From NCBI GenBank assembly GCA_963704705.1, contig OY969931.1:330001-362000 (forward strand): a stretch of DNA of 32,000 nucleotides, given 5' to 3'. Positions within the stretch are counted from its first letter, which is position 1. Each line of letters begins with the position of its first letter. A model generated the notes under the pieces. That model did not search any database, was not told the origin of the DNA, and worked only from the letters and a program-made list of their open reading frames with translations. The DNA comes from an uncultured bacterium (GTDB taxonomy: Bacteria; Patescibacteriota; Gracilibacteria; UBA1369; PNNO01). Position numbers and translations under genes: made by a program. Shown in pieces: positions 9,334-19,611 of this stretch.

Positions 9334-10097
9334 TTTTTCTTAAGTTTTAACACAAGCAGTGGTACAAAGATAACAAATAATCCCGCAGAAATCCACTGAG
9401 ATAATGTTAAATAATAAAATCTCGGATCGGAAACACCAATGATATCTGAAGATCTTGTGAAATCAACTAGGAATCTGGAAGCTGCATAAAACATAACAAA
9501 AAAGTATGCAGTAACACCTTCTTTATTTTTTATAAAAGGCCATAATAAAATTAAAACTATAAATATCAAAAAACCTATTATTGCAGAATATAAAGAAGGG
9601 GAATGTCTTAAATCTCCCTGGTAATAAGTACCAAGAAAAAATTTGGTACGTTCACCAACATGATTTCCCATTAAATAATCTCCAATTCTTCCAATACCAA
9701 TTCCAAGTGCTAAACCAGGAGCAATTATGTCAGCTGCCTGCCAAAAATGCAGTTTTTTTAAATTGAAATAAATTAGCGCTGAAATTACCCCAAAAATCAC
9801 TCCTCCATATAAACTAAGTCCGCCTTTTGTTATATTTATAAGTTCCATTATGCCTCCGCCTTCTCCAAAAAATTTATCAAAATGTTCCAGAGAATAAACA
9901 AATCTTGCGCCTATAATTCCAAAAATAAAAACAATTATAAATAAATCATAAAGATTTTCACTTGTGACTTTATCTTTATTTGAACCTTTTAGTCTTTTTG
10001 CCCTGCCAATAGAAATAAGTAGAGCAACAAGCATTCCAAGAGCCACAAATAGTCCCCAAACCTGAATACTCAAGGGACCTAAATCAAAAGTCGGCAT
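9330..10097 (-). CDS. lgt: Prolipoprotein diacylglyceryl transferase
   Basis: LGLALGIGIGRIGDYLMGNHVGERT, GVIFGVISALIYF and SRFLVDFTR; multi-TM; size fits. Confidence 0.93.
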   Translation of the reverse strand: MPTFDLGPLSIQVWGLFVALGMLVALLISIGRAKRLKGSNKDKVTSENLYDLFIIVFIFGIIGARFVYSLEHFDKFFGEGGGIMELINITKGGLSLYGGVIFGVISALIYFNLKKLHFWQAADIIAPGLALGIGIGRIGDYLMGNHVGERTKFFLGTYYQGDLRHSPSLYSAIIGFLIFIVLILLWPFIKNKEGVTAYFFVMFYAASRFLVDFTRSSDIIGVSDPRFYYLTLSQWISAGLFVIFVPLLVLKLKKK

Positions 10098-10109
10098 AAT
10101 TTGTTATGG

Positions 10110-11108
10110 TTATTGGATAAGTGAATCAACAGTTTGCTTTAGAGTTTCATATGTAACAGCACCTCCGATATATTTATCATTTATAAAGAAAGCCGGAGTT
10201 CCGTTTACACCGAATTTATAACCTTCCGCAGTCTGACTATTAACAACTTGTGCATATTTTTCAGTGTCAGTGCATTCACCAAATTGGTCCATATTAAGGC
10301 CTATTGTTGATGCTGCAGAATTAATTGCATCTGTTGGATCGCTAACTAGGAATTCAGCCTGGTTTCCAAAAATATAATCATGAAATTCCCAGAATTTATC
10401 TTGTTCAGCAGCACATTCTGATGCATTTTCCAATTGCATATCTATTCCGCCTCGGTTGAAATGTTTGTAAACCAATTGAACATCATTTGGATATTCATCT
10501 AGTAACTGTGAAAGTATCGGACTCATATTTGAGCAATAATGGCACGACAAACTACTAAATTCAACTATTGTAACTTTTGGATTTTCTGCACCAAGTTTAT
10601 GGCCGATATCGTAATTAGGAAGTGTCAAATATTTATTTGGCTGCATTAGTAAAATATATTTATCACCCTGCTTCATAAAGCTATCTTTTGTTTGATTATA
10701 AAGCTCAGTTTCTGCCAAGTCTGTATTGAAAATTAAAACCGGAACAGTTGCCAAATCAAAATCTTTAATATATTTTTGACCCATTTCATCATTTACATCA
10801 ATTTCATTCACAACAAATTCCATTTTAAATTCATCTTCAATTTTACTTAATATATCCTTGTAATCGTAATTTGGATTAGTTACTGATTTATCAGTTAATA
10901 CATCCACTCTTAATTGTTCAACAACAGGATATCTGTCGTCTTGAATTCCAATAATAGTATTAACACCATTATGTATATTCGGGCTTTTTTCATAAACTAT
11001 AAATGCCGCAAAAAGCACTATTAATATAATTGTAACAATCATCCAAACATTTACTTTTTTACTTTTTTTTGTTTTTGCAGTTTTAGCAGTTTTAGCAGTT
11101 CTAGGCAT
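10110..11108 (-). CDS. DsbA-like thioredoxin-fold oxidoreductase, membrane anchored
   Basis: KVTIVEFSSLSCHYCSNMSPIL (CxxC), GVNGTPAFFINDKYIGG cis-Pro loop, N-terminal TM. I prefer the internal ATG at 11108 because the longer ORF (to 11207) overlaps the end of hisS. Confidence 0.85.
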   Translation of the reverse strand: MPRTAKTAKTAKTKKSKKVNVWMIVTIILIVLFAAFIVYEKSPNIHNGVNTIIGIQDDRYPVVEQLRVDVLTDKSVTNPNYDYKDILSKIEDEFKMEFVVNEIDVNDEMGQKYIKDFDLATVPVLIFNTDLAETELYNQTKDSFMKQGDKYILLMQPNKYLTLPNYDIGHKLGAENPKVTIVEFSSLSCHYCSNMSPILSQLLDEYPNDVQLVYKHFNRGGIDMQLENASECAAEQDKFWEFHDYIFGNQAEFLVSDPTDAINSAASTIGLNMDQFGECTDTEKYAQVVNSQTAEGYKFGVNGTPAFFINDKYIGGAVTYETLKQTVDSLIQ

Positions 11109-11124
11109 GTTAATTGGGGTTAAT

Positions 11125-12462
11125 TTAGTAAACGAGTTCACCCGGAGTATATCGGTCCAGGTTTTTCTTGCCGATTTTTTCGATAAGTTCATCAATGATC
11201 TGATCAAATTTAACTATCTCCTGACTTCCTTTTTTCATATTTCTAATGATAGCGGTTCCTTCACGAACTTCAGTAATTCCAACTATCACGGTATAAGGAG
11301 CATCAAATTTATCAGCCATTTTTAGTTGTTGTTTCATAGCACCTTTTCCTAGTGCACCAATTGTTTTAATTCCTGCTTCGCGCATTTCATCAATTAGCTT
11401 TAAACATTTCTTTTTTGCTTCTTTGCCAAGCTGAGCAACAAAAACATGTACATCATCTTTTGAAGGAACTCTGATTTTTTCACGTTTCATGTGAGCAATA
11501 ATTCTTTCAATCCCTGCCGCATATCCTACTGCAGGTGTAGGCTGGCCTCCCATTAATTCAACCAGTCCGTCATATCTTCCTCCGCCTCCAATAGCGTTTT
11601 GCGCGCCTTCTTTATTATCCCAGAATTCAAATACGATATGAGTGTAATAATCCAATCCGCGAACAAGTCTTGGATTTTCAGTATATTTAATATCCATTTC
11701 ATCCAAAAACTCTTTTACATCCTGATAGTATTCCAGGCTTTCTTTAGATAAATAATCAGTCATCTTAGGTGCAAGTTCTGCTAGTATCATGCAGTCTTCA
11801 TTTTTGCAATCAAGTAATCTTAATGGATTTTGCTCAAGTCTGCTTTTGCAATGTTCGCATAATGAACGCTCTTTACCGTAATAATAATCTTTAAGGGCCT
11901 GAATGTATTTTTTTCTGTCTTCAAGCGAACCGATTGTGTTTAATTGAATATCAAAAAGCTTTTCAATTCCCAAGTCTTCATTTATTTTATTAGCCAAAAA
12001 TATTACCTGCGCATCCAATGCAGGGTCTAATTCACCAATCATCTCAAAACCAAATTGCCAGAATTGTCTGTATCTGCCTTTTTGAGGACGATCATACCGA
12101 TACATCGCATCAATATAATAAAGCTCAACAGGCTGAGGAAGCTGGTTCATGCCATGTTGTATATACGCTCTTACAACACCGGCAGTATTTTCAGGCCTTA
12201 AAGTTAAACTTCGTCCTTTTTTATCCTCAAAAGTGTACATTTCTTTTTCAACTATATCAGTGGCATCACCAATACTACGTACAAATACATCAGTATATTC
12301 AAAAGCAGGAGTTGTAATTCTTTTAAATCCAGCTTGTCGTAGTCTATGACGAACAACCTTTTTAATGTAAGTGTGGAATTCGTGATCCATTGGAAGAATA
12401 TCGTGTACGCCTTTTGGTGTTTGATAAGGAGGCTTTACAGAAAAGTTCGTTTCGTCATTCAT
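11125..12462 (-). CDS. hisS: Histidine--tRNA ligase
   Basis: GVHDILPMDHEFH, TLRPENTAGVVRAYI, RYDRPQKGRYRQFWQFGFEMIG and GLDYYTHIVFE motifs. Confidence 0.96.
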   Translation of the reverse strand: MNDETNFSVKPPYQTPKGVHDILPMDHEFHTYIKKVVRHRLRQAGFKRITTPAFEYTDVFVRSIGDATDIVEKEMYTFEDKKGRSLTLRPENTAGVVRAYIQHGMNQLPQPVELYYIDAMYRYDRPQKGRYRQFWQFGFEMIGELDPALDAQVIFLANKINEDLGIEKLFDIQLNTIGSLEDRKKYIQALKDYYYGKERSLCEHCKSRLEQNPLRLLDCKNEDCMILAELAPKMTDYLSKESLEYYQDVKEFLDEMDIKYTENPRLVRGLDYYTHIVFEFWDNKEGAQNAIGGGGRYDGLVELMGGQPTPAVGYAAGIERIIAHMKREKIRVPSKDDVHVFVAQLGKEAKKKCLKLIDEMREAGIKTIGALGKGAMKQQLKMADKFDAPYTVIVGITEVREGTAIIRNMKKGSQEIVKFDQIIDELIEKIGKKNLDRYTPGELVY

Positions 12463-12526
12463 ATAATTTAATTTAAGCGCGTTAAATAAGAACGTACCTA
12501 TTATTATACGGTTTTTTTTAAATAAT

Positions 12527-13534
12527 TCAATTATTTTGCTTAAAGCCTTTTTTAATCATACCGATACTTTGTTTTGAGGCATGTGCAAGGCCTATAAAAA
12601 TGAAGACAATATCTCTAAGTCTTAAAATCAAAACAAATACAAATACATTTATACTTACACCAAGGAATGCGAAAACCCCTGCATGACTACCTTCAAGCAT
12701 ACCCAATCCTCCCGGCACAGGCAGAATATATGAAATCCCAGGGATGGTTGCAGATAAAAATGACTGAAGAAAACTTAAATGCACTCCCATAAAACGAGCA
12801 ACAAGCCAGTGTTCAATAACCATAAAAAACACAGTTGCAAAAGAAAGTAACATTAAAAAAATAAATTTACCTATATTGTGGATATAAAAGTGGGCCATCT
12901 GTTCTTCAACGTTTATTATGCTTTGCTCATGTTTTTTGACATATTTAAGTTTATTTAATTTGAAAAATTTTAATAAGGAACTGAAAAACCCAATTTTTTT
13001 AATTGTCGCATAATAGAACCAAAAAATTAAACCTCCGAAAATTAAAATCAATATTGTGAGCATAATTTCAACTTTACCACTGAAAATATCACTTCCAATC
13101 ATGGAAACTAAAAACCCGCTAAAAATAAATAAAATTAAAGCGGTATATTCGAAAATTTTATCAATTACAACAGATGAAACAGCGCTTTTTGTATCCACTC
13201 CTTCTTCCTGAAGAAAAAATATCCTTACTGGTTCACCGCCTGATGAAGCTACCGGAGTTAAATAATTAACTGCGTAGGCTGTCATCCTATGCAAATATAG
13301 TCTATAAAACGGGATTTTTTTCCCTACATGCTGCTGTCGCAAAATCACATTCCATCTAAATGTAAATAAGCCAAAATTAGCTAATGAAACAAAGACAAGA
13401 ATTATAAAATTTAAAAGAGAAAATTTACTTAAAGATTCGACAATCGAATCTACACCGGTTGTAACAATTACTGAAACGAAGAGCCCGATGCCTATTATAA
13501 GGAAGAAGATGAATGCAAATGTACGTTTCACCAT
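12527..13534 (-). CDS. Lysylphosphatidylglycerol synthase TM-region family (UPF0104/AglD-like) membrane protein
   Basis: Multi-TM; YLHRMTAYAVNYLTPVASSGGEPVRIFFLQEEGV ... IPGISYILPVPGGLGMLEG signature. Confidence 0.8.
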   Translation of the reverse strand: MVKRTFAFIFFLIIGIGLFVSVIVTTGVDSIVESLSKFSLLNFIILVFVSLANFGLFTFRWNVILRQQHVGKKIPFYRLYLHRMTAYAVNYLTPVASSGGEPVRIFFLQEEGVDTKSAVSSVVIDKIFEYTALILFIFSGFLVSMIGSDIFSGKVEIMLTILILIFGGLIFWFYYATIKKIGFFSSLLKFFKLNKLKYVKKHEQSIINVEEQMAHFYIHNIGKFIFLMLLSFATVFFMVIEHWLVARFMGVHLSFLQSFLSATIPGISYILPVPGGLGMLEGSHAGVFAFLGVSINVFVFVLILRLRDIVFIFIGLAHASKQSIGMIKKGFKQNN

Positions 13535-13567
13535 ATCGATCAGAAGTTTACCTTAAATAATTAAAAA

Positions 13568-13909
13568 TTAAAATAGTCTGTTTTTTGTTCTCTGGAATCT
13601 TATAAAAGTAGCATAAACAGGCACCATAAAAGCCTGTGTCATTCTTTCAATTTCATTGTTATCTTCAGCAACCATAAAATCCTCAAGTGTTTCACTTATT
13701 AATTCTGATAAAGCTGCGATGAATTCTGCAATTACAATATTATCGCATTGTAAGAAAATATGCACCAAGGCCACTTCAAGTTTTTGATACGTATTTGGAT
13801 CAAGAAGATACTGGATTACATTATTTTGAAAATTATCAGGAATTTTAAGGCCATGCGTTTCAGCAATTATTTCGTATTTGTAAGAAGAGTTGTTTTCAGA
13901 AGATTCCAT
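13568..13909 (-). CDS. Hypothetical protein (113 aa)
   Basis: Isolated intact ORF between co-directional genes; no recognised motif. Confidence 0.55.
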   Translation of the reverse strand: MESSENNSSYKYEIIAETHGLKIPDNFQNNVIQYLLDPNTYQKLEVALVHIFLQCDNIVIAEFIAALSELISETLEDFMVAEDNNEIERMTQAFMVPVYATFIRFQRTKNRLF

Positions 13910-13953
13910 TTTTTTAATTAGGGCTTATAATTATAACATTTTTAATAAAAACG

Positions 13954-14913
13954 TCAAGCCCTCTTAAAATAACCATATGCTGCAACCATTGCAGCATTAT
14001 CTGTACAATATTTTATTGATTTAGGGAAAAATATTTTACCAACCCTTTTTTCAGCCTCTGCTCTTAACAATTTATTTGCCGAAACCCCGCCAGCCAGGTG
14101 TATTTGTTTAGGTGCGTATTTATCTGCTGCCTGTGCAAGTTTTTCAACAAGTGTTTCCGCAACTGTTTTTTGAAAACTAGCAGCCATGTCATTTACAAAT
14201 TTTTCATCAAGTTTCTCTGGATCAAAGTCGCGACCATGATTATTTTGGATTTCATATAAAACAGCTGTTTTTAACCCGGAAAAACTAAAGTCCAAGCCAT
14301 CAATTTTGGCTATTGGAAGCGCAAACGCCAGATCGTTTCCATTCGCCGCTGCTTTTTGGATTGCTGGCCCACCAGGATATCCAAGCCCCAATAGTTTAGC
14401 GACCTTATCAAAAGCTTCACCTGCTGCATCGTCTCGTGATTCTCCTACGACCTCAAACTCATCATGGGACTTCATTAGAATTAATTCATTATGACCACCT
14501 GAAACTGTTAATACCAATGCTGGAAATTCAAAATCGCTTCTTTCACGCTCGCACCAATTTCCATAAATATGCGCATAAATATGATTAATTGGAATAAGTG
14601 GTTTTCCTTTAACTTCAGCCAAAGTTTGGGCGGTTACAAAACCCGTCAATAAAGCGCTTATCAGTCCGGGTTCATTAACAGCAGCAATTGCCTCAATTTC
14701 ATTCCAATCGGTTTGTGCCTCTTTTAAAGCTTCTTCAACTACAGGCAAAATCTTTATGATATGTTCTCTTGCCGCGACCTCGGGCACAACACCACCTGTT
14801 TTTTGATGTAAATCGATTTGGCTTGCAATAACATTTGAAAGTACATGTGTCCCGTTTTCAACCACGGCAGCAGCTGTTTCATCGCAGGATGTTTCGATTC
14901 CTAAAATTTTCAC
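13954..14913 (-). CDS. tsaD: tRNA N6-adenosine threonylcarbamoyltransferase
   Basis: MKILGIETSCDETAAAVVENG, PLIPINHIYAHIYGNW, FPALVLTVSGGHNELILM and HLAGGVSANKLLR motifs. Confidence 0.96.
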   Translation of the reverse strand: MKILGIETSCDETAAAVVENGTHVLSNVIASQIDLHQKTGGVVPEVAAREHIIKILPVVEEALKEAQTDWNEIEAIAAVNEPGLISALLTGFVTAQTLAEVKGKPLIPINHIYAHIYGNWCERERSDFEFPALVLTVSGGHNELILMKSHDEFEVVGESRDDAAGEAFDKVAKLLGLGYPGGPAIQKAAANGNDLAFALPIAKIDGLDFSFSGLKTAVLYEIQNNHGRDFDPEKLDEKFVNDMAASFQKTVAETLVEKLAQAADKYAPKQIHLAGGVSANKLLRAEAEKRVGKIFFPKSIKYCTDNAAMVAAYGYFKRA

Positions 14914-14980
14914 AGACTTGACAAAATTAATATTATATTGATAAAATCATTACGTAAATTATAGAATAATATTTTATTAA

Positions 14981-15274
14981 ATGAAAGAGAGCAAACCAGA
15001 AGTTAAGGAAAGCAAATTAAAAACCGAAGCTAAAAATGCGGGAATTGCTGTTGCAGTATTTGCCATCATGTTAGCTGTTACTGCTTCAATGGCAAAAGTC
15101 GCAAAAGTTATAGATCCACCTGAAGAAAAATATAAAATGGCTATAAAAATAAAACCTTCAAAAGAAGTGGAGCATTTATCTATTGATGTTAAATTCATTA
15201 AACAATGCGTAAAAAATGTAGTTCATGCAGCTCCTTCGTCTTTTGGAAAAACTTTTTATAAAGATTGTGAATAA
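14981..15274 (+). CDS. Small single-TM hypothetical protein (97 aa)
   Basis: ATG ORF with one TM segment (AGIAVAVFAIMLAVTASMAKVA), directly upstream of a co-oriented gene. Overlapping antisense ORF 14977..15198 judged less likely. Confidence 0.5.
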   Translation: MKESKPEVKESKLKTEAKNAGIAVAVFAIMLAVTASMAKVAKVIDPPEEKYKMAIKIKPSKEVEHLSIDVKFIKQCVKNVVHAAPSSFGKTFYKDCE

Positions 15275-15292
15275 TGTTGGCCATGAGTATAA

Positions 15293-16606
15293 TTGAAAAT
15301 AATGAAGCCAACATCCATTAAAATTATAGAAAAACTTCGAGCCAATGGCCACGAAGCCTATTGGGCCGGCGGATGCGTACGCGACATTCTTCTTGGAATT
15401 GAGCCAAAAGATTATGATATCGCTACTTCGGCAAAACCCGAGGAAATTGAAGAATTATTGGAAGAAACAAAACCTGTTGGCAAAGAATTCGGAGTCATTC
15501 TTGTTATTGAAGGCGGACATGCATATGAAGTTGCCACTTTCAGATCGGATTCGGGATATTCAGACGGACGAAGACCTGATGCGGTTTTATTTACCGATAA
15601 AAAAGAAGATGCATTACGTCGCGACTTTACAATTAACGGAATGTTTTATGATCCGATTGCAGATAAAGTATTGGATTATGTAGGAGGTCAAAAAGATCTC
15701 GATGCAGAAATAATAAGATTTATCGGCAATCCTCATGAAAGAATTTTAGAAGATCAACTTAGAATTTTAAGGGCAATAAGGTTTAAAAATGAATTTGGAT
15801 TTCAATATCATCCCGATACTTACAAAGCCTTGAAAAATCATGCGGCATTAATAGAAAGAGTGAGCCCTGAGAGAATCCAGCATGAGCTTAATAAAATGAT
15901 AGTAGGCAAAAATCGTGTTGAGGCATTTGAAGATATGAGCGAGATCGGAATTCTTAAATACATAATACCGGAACTCGAAGATTTGAGAGGTGTGCCTCAG
16001 CCGCGTCAATTTCATGAGGAAGGCGATGTTTGGGATCATACAATGCGTGCATTAAAATTTTGTGATGATCATGCTTCACGAGATGTTAAGTGGGCAGTTT
16101 TATTTCATGACATCGGAAAACCTGAAACTTTTAAAATGGCTGAAAGAATTAGATACAACGGCCATTGTGAAAAAAGCAAAGAAATTGCGCATAATATAAT
16201 GACGCGTTTGAAATTTCCAAGGAAAGATATTCAGGAAGTGGAATGGCTGGTTGAACATCATATGATGATGCAGCCATTGCTTGATTTACCTGAAGGTAAG
16301 GTTCGTAAATGGTTTTTAAATGAAGATTTTTTAAATTTAATGCAGGTTTTTGAGGCAGATGCCAAAGGTATTTTACCTACTGATATGACTATGTATGACG
16401 AAATACTTGCTCGATACCGCGAGGTAATGAAAGAAATGCCTGAAGGCAAACCAAAGCCATTTATTGCCGGTGAAGATGTAATGAAAATTTGCGGTCTTGA
16501 GCCAGGTGAGAAAGTCGGTAAAATTTTAGATGATGTATATGAAAAACAGCTCGCAAAGGAATTAACTTCACGAGCTGCGGCAATTAAATATTTAAAAGGT
16601 CTTTAA
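15293..16606 (+). CDS. CCA tRNA nucleotidyltransferase / polyA polymerase family with HD domain
   Basis: AYWAGGCVRDILLGIEPKDYDIATSA, RRDFTINGMFYDP, RILRAIRFKNEFGF; HD-like WAVLFHDIGKPETF and VEHHMM. Confidence 0.92.
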   Translation: MKIMKPTSIKIIEKLRANGHEAYWAGGCVRDILLGIEPKDYDIATSAKPEEIEELLEETKPVGKEFGVILVIEGGHAYEVATFRSDSGYSDGRRPDAVLFTDKKEDALRRDFTINGMFYDPIADKVLDYVGGQKDLDAEIIRFIGNPHERILEDQLRILRAIRFKNEFGFQYHPDTYKALKNHAALIERVSPERIQHELNKMIVGKNRVEAFEDMSEIGILKYIIPELEDLRGVPQPRQFHEEGDVWDHTMRALKFCDDHASRDVKWAVLFHDIGKPETFKMAERIRYNGHCEKSKEIAHNIMTRLKFPRKDIQEVEWLVEHHMMMQPLLDLPEGKVRKWFLNEDFLNLMQVFEADAKGILPTDMTMYDEILARYREVMKEMPEGKPKPFIAGEDVMKICGLEPGEKVGKILDDVYEKQLAKELTSRAAAIKYLKGL

Positions 16607-17760
16607 AACTTTTGCAGATTAAGTTTTTCGTAAATGTGTTTTTTGTAAGTCCATAATGATCCAAATGCAATCATAGTAACGAAGAAACATACAAACCATC
16701 CAAGTATAGGGATCATTCCAACAATCATAATAATAAAGCCACCTAAAGCAATTATTCCGAATAGTTTTCCTTTTGTCATTTTTTTAGGTTTCAGAAGAAA
16801 ATTACCTATAAACATTGCAGCATAAACCTTTGCAAAAGCCCATGTAATACCTAAAAGTCCAAGTAAGATAAATGCAAGAGGCAAGCCTATTACAGTAATA
16901 CTTAATATTATTGCAGCGGCAATAGAGCAAATCCATAAAACAAAACCCAGTCCCAAACTTCTCCAAGTGTGCTCTTTACACACTTTTGTTGTTGCAATTA
17001 AAGTTATTGGTAATAATGATACTAAAACAATTGCTAAAACCAGCATTGTTAAGTACATGAATATCTGCCAAAAAATATGAAATTTTGAAAACATTGCTTC
17101 AAAACCTGTTCCAAAATTAGGTTCTTCAATAGCAAGTTCGTTGTGTTCGATAAATCCTGCAACCTGATCTTCATTTAGTTCAGCTTCTCTGAGACTTGTA
17201 TAAACAAGATTTCCGTTTATGTTTGCATCAGGTGTAAGAGTTAATGATTCCTGAATTTCAACAGTAACATCTCTGTAAACATTTCCGCCTAAAATTAATT
17301 TACCTCCTCCTCCGAGTATATCTTCATTAATTGTTCCAAGAACATTTGCAAAACCCGCTCCAAAAACCAATGAACCACCTATTAAAGTGTCGTTGCTAAT
17401 GTTCAATTGGCCACCTGAAGCAATCAAATCATCTCCAATATTTCCATTTATAATTATTGTTCCTCCTGCAACACGAACATCATCCCCTACATCACCGTTT
17501 AAAGTGATTTGTCCGCCAGCTGCAATTAAATCGCCTTTAATGTTTGCATTAATTGTTATAGATCCTCCTCCCACTACAAGATCTCCGTCAATGTCGCTGT
17601 CAATTGTAATAAGTGCGCCTCCTGCATAGACATCATCAAGTGATAAGTCTTGCAAAAAGAGCTCTTCCTGGCCGTAAAAATTGACTGCCATTGCTGTGTT
17701 TGCGCTTATAGCCAAAAACATCAGCGCTGAAAAGAGTACTGTTACTTTTTTCATTTTCAT
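16603..17760 (-). CDS. Bactofilin-like / polymer-forming repeat protein with C-terminal TM domain
   Basis: Signal peptide; repeats of the form INANIKGDLIAAGGQITLNGDVGDDVRVAGGTIIINGNIGDDLIASGG; four or so C-terminal TM segments. Confidence 0.75.
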   Translation of the reverse strand: MKMKKVTVLFSALMFLAISANTAMAVNFYGQEELFLQDLSLDDVYAGGALITIDSDIDGDLVVGGGSITINANIKGDLIAAGGQITLNGDVGDDVRVAGGTIIINGNIGDDLIASGGQLNISNDTLIGGSLVFGAGFANVLGTINEDILGGGGKLILGGNVYRDVTVEIQESLTLTPDANINGNLVYTSLREAELNEDQVAGFIEHNELAIEEPNFGTGFEAMFSKFHIFWQIFMYLTMLVLAIVLVSLLPITLIATTKVCKEHTWRSLGLGFVLWICSIAAAIILSITVIGLPLAFILLGLLGITWAFAKVYAAMFIGNFLLKPKKMTKGKLFGIIALGGFIIMIVGMIPILGWFVCFFVTMIAFGSLWTYKKHIYEKLNLQKF

Positions 17761-17784
17761 TTGATTAATTAATAAATGGGACCA

Positions 17785-19077
17785 CTAGCTATTATAAGTT
17801 AGCTTTGCCACGGTTTCAATATGATAGGTGTGCGGAGCCATATCTACAGGTTGCACAACATCAAGTTTGTAGCCTGCTTTTGAAAGAATTTTAAGGTCTC
17901 TGGCCTGAGTAGCTGGGTTGCAACTTACATAAACAATGTGTTTAGGTTTTAATACAGCCATTTTTTCACAAAGTTTTTCTGAAAGGCCGCTTCTGGGCGG
18001 ATCAACTATTACAACAACCGGCTTTATATTAAGCTCTTTAACTATTTGATATGCGTCACCCGCATGAAATTCAATGTTTCCAATATTATTAAGTACAGCA
18101 TTTTGTTTTGCATTTTGGATTGCAGATTCATTTGTGTCTGCGCCAAAAACCTTTTTTGCCTTATGTGCAATGGTCATACCTATTGTTCCTGTTCCGCAGA
18201 ATAAATCAAAAACAATGTCATTAGCGCTAATTTCACCCAAATCTTCAACTGTTTTATATAATTTTTCCGCTTGCAAGGTATTTGGCTGAAAAAAAGCCTG
18301 AGGCAAAATTTCAAATTTCAATCCACACATTCCTTCTGTAAGAGTTTTTTTTCCAAATAAATGTTGTTCGATTAATTGTGTTGGTTTGCCTTTTTTGGCT
18401 ATTTTTTGAGTGATGTAGATTGAAGTTGAAAATGGTTTCATTAGATCGACAAAGTGTTTGCTGTCAATTTCACAATCCGAATAAATTAGATTAATAAGCC
18501 GTTCATTTGTTTTTTTACCTTCTCTTATTATTATTGAAATCATCCCGGGTTTGATGATAGGCCGCACAGCTTCGAGAATTTTTGGAATTTCTTCGCTTTC
18601 AAGAAAACACTCTTCCAAGTCAAAAACTTCATATCTGTAACCCTTTGGATGAAGCCCGACCATATTCTCATAGAAGCTGAATTCCATTTTATTTCTATAA
18701 AACCATGGCTCTTCGCAGCCAATAATCGGTTTAATTTTCGGATTTTTAAATCCTCCGATGTGTTCCAGCGATTCGCGAACCTGCCCTTCTTTTATTTCCA
18801 GTTGTTTTTCATAAGGAAGATATTGCCATGTACAACCGCCACATGTTTCAAAGTGTTTGCATCTTGGCTTAACGCGGGTTTCAGAAGGTTTGATTATTTT
18901 TATTAATTTGGCTTCAAAGAATTTTGGCTTAATCCTTGTAAATGAACACTCAACCATATCTCCGGGAACAGTGTTGTCGACAAAAATCACTTTGCTATCA
19001 AAATGCCCTATACCTCTGCCGCCGAAGCTTAAGTTTTCAATTGTAACCTCTGCTGTTTGTCCTTTTTTGTATTGCAT
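17785..19077 (-). CDS. 23S rRNA (uracil-C5)-methyltransferase, RlmD/TrmA-family
   Basis: TRAM domain, CKHFETCGGCTWQYLPYEKQ Fe-S cluster motif, FDLFCGTGTIGM, DPPRSGLS and YVSCNPATQARDL. Confidence 0.92.
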   Translation of the reverse strand: MQYKKGQTAEVTIENLSFGGRGIGHFDSKVIFVDNTVPGDMVECSFTRIKPKFFEAKLIKIIKPSETRVKPRCKHFETCGGCTWQYLPYEKQLEIKEGQVRESLEHIGGFKNPKIKPIIGCEEPWFYRNKMEFSFYENMVGLHPKGYRYEVFDLEECFLESEEIPKILEAVRPIIKPGMISIIIREGKKTNERLINLIYSDCEIDSKHFVDLMKPFSTSIYITQKIAKKGKPTQLIEQHLFGKKTLTEGMCGLKFEILPQAFFQPNTLQAEKLYKTVEDLGEISANDIVFDLFCGTGTIGMTIAHKAKKVFGADTNESAIQNAKQNAVLNNIGNIEFHAGDAYQIVKELNIKPVVVIVDPPRSGLSEKLCEKMAVLKPKHIVYVSCNPATQARDLKILSKAGYKLDVVQPVDMAPHTYHIETVAKLTYNS

Positions 19078-19107
19078 AGCGCATGAATATTACATTAAAA
19101 TCAATAT

Positions 19108-19530
19108 ATGCTCCATATACAAATAATTCAGGTAGGCAAAACAAAAGAGAAGCTTTTTAAGGCAGCCGAGGACGAATTTATAAAACGATTATCAAAATAT
19201 TCAAAATTAACAATAGACACGGTTGAAGATAATTCCAAAATACTTGAACGTGTTGAAAACGGCTCTTACAAAATAGCACTCGAAATAAAAGGAGAAGAAT
19301 TTACTTCTGAAGAATTCGCTGAATTTATTAAACGCCGTCAGTTTTTTGGCGGCAAAATTACCTTTATAATAGGAGGTCCATTCGGATTACCTTTAGATAT
19401 TAGTGACGCTTGCGATAAAAAGGTTTCACTATCAAGAATGACATTCACTCATCAAATGGTGCGGGTGTTTTTGCTCGAACAGATTTACAGAGCAATGACA
19501 ATATTGGAAGGAAAGACATACCACTATTAA
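19108..19530 (+). CDS. rlmH: 23S rRNA (pseudouridine(1915)-N3)-methyltransferase
   Basis: Short SPOUT protein: FIIGGPFGLPLDISDACDKKVSLSRMTFTHQMVRVFLLEQIYRAMTILEGKTYHY. Confidence 0.94.
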   Translation: MLHIQIIQVGKTKEKLFKAAEDEFIKRLSKYSKLTIDTVEDNSKILERVENGSYKIALEIKGEEFTSEEFAEFIKRRQFFGGKITFIIGGPFGLPLDISDACDKKVSLSRMTFTHQMVRVFLLEQIYRAMTILEGKTYHY

Positions 19531-19611
19531 TTTCTAAAATTACCCCTTGACAAATTTTATAATATTATGCATAATATTCTCCTTTGTGAATATTTATTAA
19601 TTTCTTATACC

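Noticed and set aside
15345-15683. 112-aa plus-strand ORF inside the CCA/polyA polymerase-type gene
   Set aside because: It overlaps a gene with clear family motifs in another frame and has no recognised motif itself.
17387-17629. Antisense ORF opposite the bactofilin-like repeats
   Set aside because: Its proline/isoleucine periodic sequence is a by-product of the repeats on the coding strand.
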